Made by a program: the position numbers and the translations under genes. The notes under the pieces are model-generated. The model did no database searches, was not told where the DNA came from, and worked only from the letters and a program-made list of their open reading frames with translations. Positions 34,634 through 36,616 of a stretch of DNA of 36,616 nt are shown piece after piece. The stretch's first letter is position 1. Every line of letters begins with the position of its first letter. The stretch is from a virus (taxonomy: Duplodnaviria; Caudoviricetes), in the IMG/VR virus record IMGVR_UViG_3300036798_000095, positions 1-36,616 of that record; one strand, written 5' to 3'.

Positions 34634-36423
34634 TTCTGCAAAGCTGTCCACCAGTTCTTCCCCGCTCCTGATAGTTCGAGCACGATAGGGACCCGGAACC
34701 AAGGAAACCCTGACTCCACGGCATTCTTTACCCTCTCCCAATGGGGCTTCCAGTCCTCAGGTAAGCTGAGGCTGTAGCTGTCGTGAGTATTGAGAACCAA
34801 ACGGCCCGCATCTCCGAGTGCGTCTTCAATGAGTAGCCAGTTCTCTTTGTTAATATCTGCAGCAGTAGCTTGGATGGCCAAACCGCTGGCCTTATATGTT
34901 TTTTCGCCACGCGGAAATCGTAGGCGTCGACCGAATTGTGTCTGCACATACCCGAATGCGTTAGCTTTGCGGGTTGCCCGGTCCGCTAATTCCTTGACAC
35001 CCGGCACCATTTCGTGGTAATGGTCGATGATGCGATTAGCCTCGATCCCTGCCCGCCGATACTTGAAGAGTTTACCCTGTTTCTTGAAGCTGTCCCATGT
35101 GTAATCCAGTCCCATCTTTGCCGCAATGGCTCCGCGACCGGAGTTGAAGATCATACTTAGGTTGAGCTGCTTCGCGTTTGGCTGTCCGGAGTATGTGGCA
35201 TTACGCACCAGACCGGTCAGTTCCGCCACCGCTTGATGGAAATCCAGCATGCGGTCTTGCATATATTTCTCGATGATGCCGCGATTGTTGACCAAATGGG
35301 CGAACACGCGTACTTCGAACGAATGCATGTCAGCATCAACCCATATCTGTCCTTCATCCGGCATGAAGATCGGCTTGATGATCGCCGCTACCGCTTTGTT
35401 GCGTGACGGGATTTGCTGCATCGCCGGACCGGAGTATGAGAATCGGCCCGTACCAGTGCCGCCATCTTCACCCTTCGTCTGATGGATGGAAGGGTAAACG
35501 CGCCCGCCGATTTGGCTGCCGAGTACGTGCCCATTGAGGAACGTATCGCGGGTCTTCATTAGTGAGCGAATCTCTAGGATCGAGTCTGCCACTGGGTTGT
35601 GCATGTCGCGGAGAGCGTCCGCGTTGAAGGACGGCTTGCCACCGGGTGTCGACGGCAGTGGTTCACCGTTTTCCGTCTGCCAGCTTCCGTCTTCCTGTTG
35701 CTTGGGTCGGAACAGTGCACCTACTTGCGGCGCTGAGTTTATATTGATTTGCTTACCGATCGCTTCAAAGAGCAGTCGGGTTTGGCTGTCGATGATTTTA
35801 GTGATGTCGCGCACCGCTCGTTCGGCGTGATTCACGTCGACCCGGATGCCGCGCATTTCGGCACGGATAATGGTTGGCATCAGCGACCGCTCGAACCTGA
35901 TGATGTCTTCGATTCCTTGCCGCTCGATCTCTTCCTCTTGCCAGTGCCACAGGTCGTGCACTAGGTTCGCATCGACGAGTGCGTACGGCTTCACCACTTC
36001 GGTGGGTGCTTCCGATATCCGTGACATCTGCACATTGCGGGTGGCTCGACCGCCAAACAACTTGGCGAGTTCCTCGTACACTTCCTTGGCCTTGGTACGG
36101 TCTAGGTACTTCTGGCACAGGGCTTCGAGTTGGTAGGCGTATTCATGTTCGTTGATCAGCGTTGCGCGGATCACGGTGTCGTCTAACCGTTGAATCGGTA
36201 TTTCGATCCCGGCATTCCACAGCATCCGGTAGTCATAGGATGCATTGTGGCAGACGATCGGGCAGTCAGTTCGCCGCACTATTTCTATCAGCGCACCCGG
36301 ACCACTATTTCTAAAGTCTGTAAATCCCGGCTCGTAACCGGTTAGCTGCCAGCTAGCGCAGAAGGCCCGGTCCATTGGACCTAGGCCAGTTGTTTCGGTG
36401 TCGAGGGCGAGGATGGGCTTCAT
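34630..36423 (-). CDS. dpoZ: family A DNA polymerase of DpoZ type
   Basis: Exo motifs DTETTG, HNASYD and YA..D; TGRFS; motif A DMHSFEVR; motif B AKQLNLSMIFN; ASGLAIQATAAD; motif C HDS. No 5'-3' exonuclease domain; linked to purZ. Confidence 0.88.
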   Translation of the reverse strand: MKPILALDTETTGLGPMDRAFCASWQLTGYEPGFTDFRNSGPGALIEIVRRTDCPIVCHNASYDYRMLWNAGIEIPIQRLDDTVIRATLINEHEYAYQLEALCQKYLDRTKAKEVYEELAKLFGGRATRNVQMSRISEAPTEVVKPYALVDANLVHDLWHWQEEEIERQGIEDIIRFERSLMPTIIRAEMRGIRVDVNHAERAVRDITKIIDSQTRLLFEAIGKQININSAPQVGALFRPKQQEDGSWQTENGEPLPSTPGGKPSFNADALRDMHNPVADSILEIRSLMKTRDTFLNGHVLGSQIGGRVYPSIHQTKGEDGGTGTGRFSYSGPAMQQIPSRNKAVAAIIKPIFMPDEGQIWVDADMHSFEVRVFAHLVNNRGIIEKYMQDRMLDFHQAVAELTGLVRNATYSGQPNAKQLNLSMIFNSGRGAIAAKMGLDYTWDSFKKQGKLFKYRRAGIEANRIIDHYHEMVPGVKELADRATRKANAFGYVQTQFGRRLRFPRGEKTYKASGLAIQATAADINKENWLLIEDALGDAGRLVLNTHDSYSLSLPEDWKPHWERVKNAVESGFPWFRVPIVLELSGAGKNWWTALQK

Positions 36424-36616
36424 CAGAAGGGAATGTCATCGTCCGAGAGGTGGGACCCGGACATCGGCTGCACTCGCCGCTGTTCTTCCACTTTGGTGAA
36501 TTTCTGACTGATGTAAGCCGGTCCACCTGATTGCGGCTTGTTGATCCAGCCTGATTGGCGATAAAGTACCCCGTCTATATTGACCACGCCCGTGTAATCC
36601 GGCTGGGTCTCGTTCT
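36423..36616 (-). CDS. partial DUF736-like ssDNA-binding protein with SSB-type C-terminal tip
   Basis: Manual translation ...NETQPDYTGVVNIDGVLYRQSGWINKPQSGGPAYISQKF...LSDDDIPF*; TGATG-coupled to the polymerase; 5' end lies outside the window. Confidence 0.7.
   Translation of the reverse strand, partial: NETQPDYTGVVNIDGVLYRQSGWINKPQSGGPAYISQKFTKVEEQRRVQPMSGSHLSDDDIPF

Overview
A near-complete, probably circularly permuted genome of a tailed dsDNA phage with podovirus-type virion genes. No integrase, repressor or recognisable endolysin is visible. The main feature is a complete 2-aminoadenine (Z-genome) module on the minus strand: DpoZ-type family A polymerase, HNH protein, primase-helicase, PurZ, MazZ and DatZ. 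It is followed by a PD-(D/E)XK nuclease, a DUF6378-like protein and a DUF2829/Tad2-like anti-defence protein. The plus strand (10.4-28.9 kb) carries terminase, portal, scaffold, capsid, tail, ejection and tail-fibre genes. The left arm (minus strand) carries SSB-like, SNF2 helicase, HAD phosphatase, DEDDh exonuclease and many small early genes. Less expected observations: a 67-nt tRNA/tmRNA-like element with a G3-U70 pair; a promoter-driven structured small-RNA candidate at about 28.92-29.05 kb; a paralogous pair of unknown proteins, each first behind a strong promoter; eight sigma70-type promoters that all carry an extended -10 TG; a chain of three tiny membrane peptides; repeat clusters in the 8.5-10.4 kb control region; and a foldon-like motif plus a Ser-to-Cys chaperone site in the tail fibre. 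All assignments come from reading motifs by eye; no database search was run.
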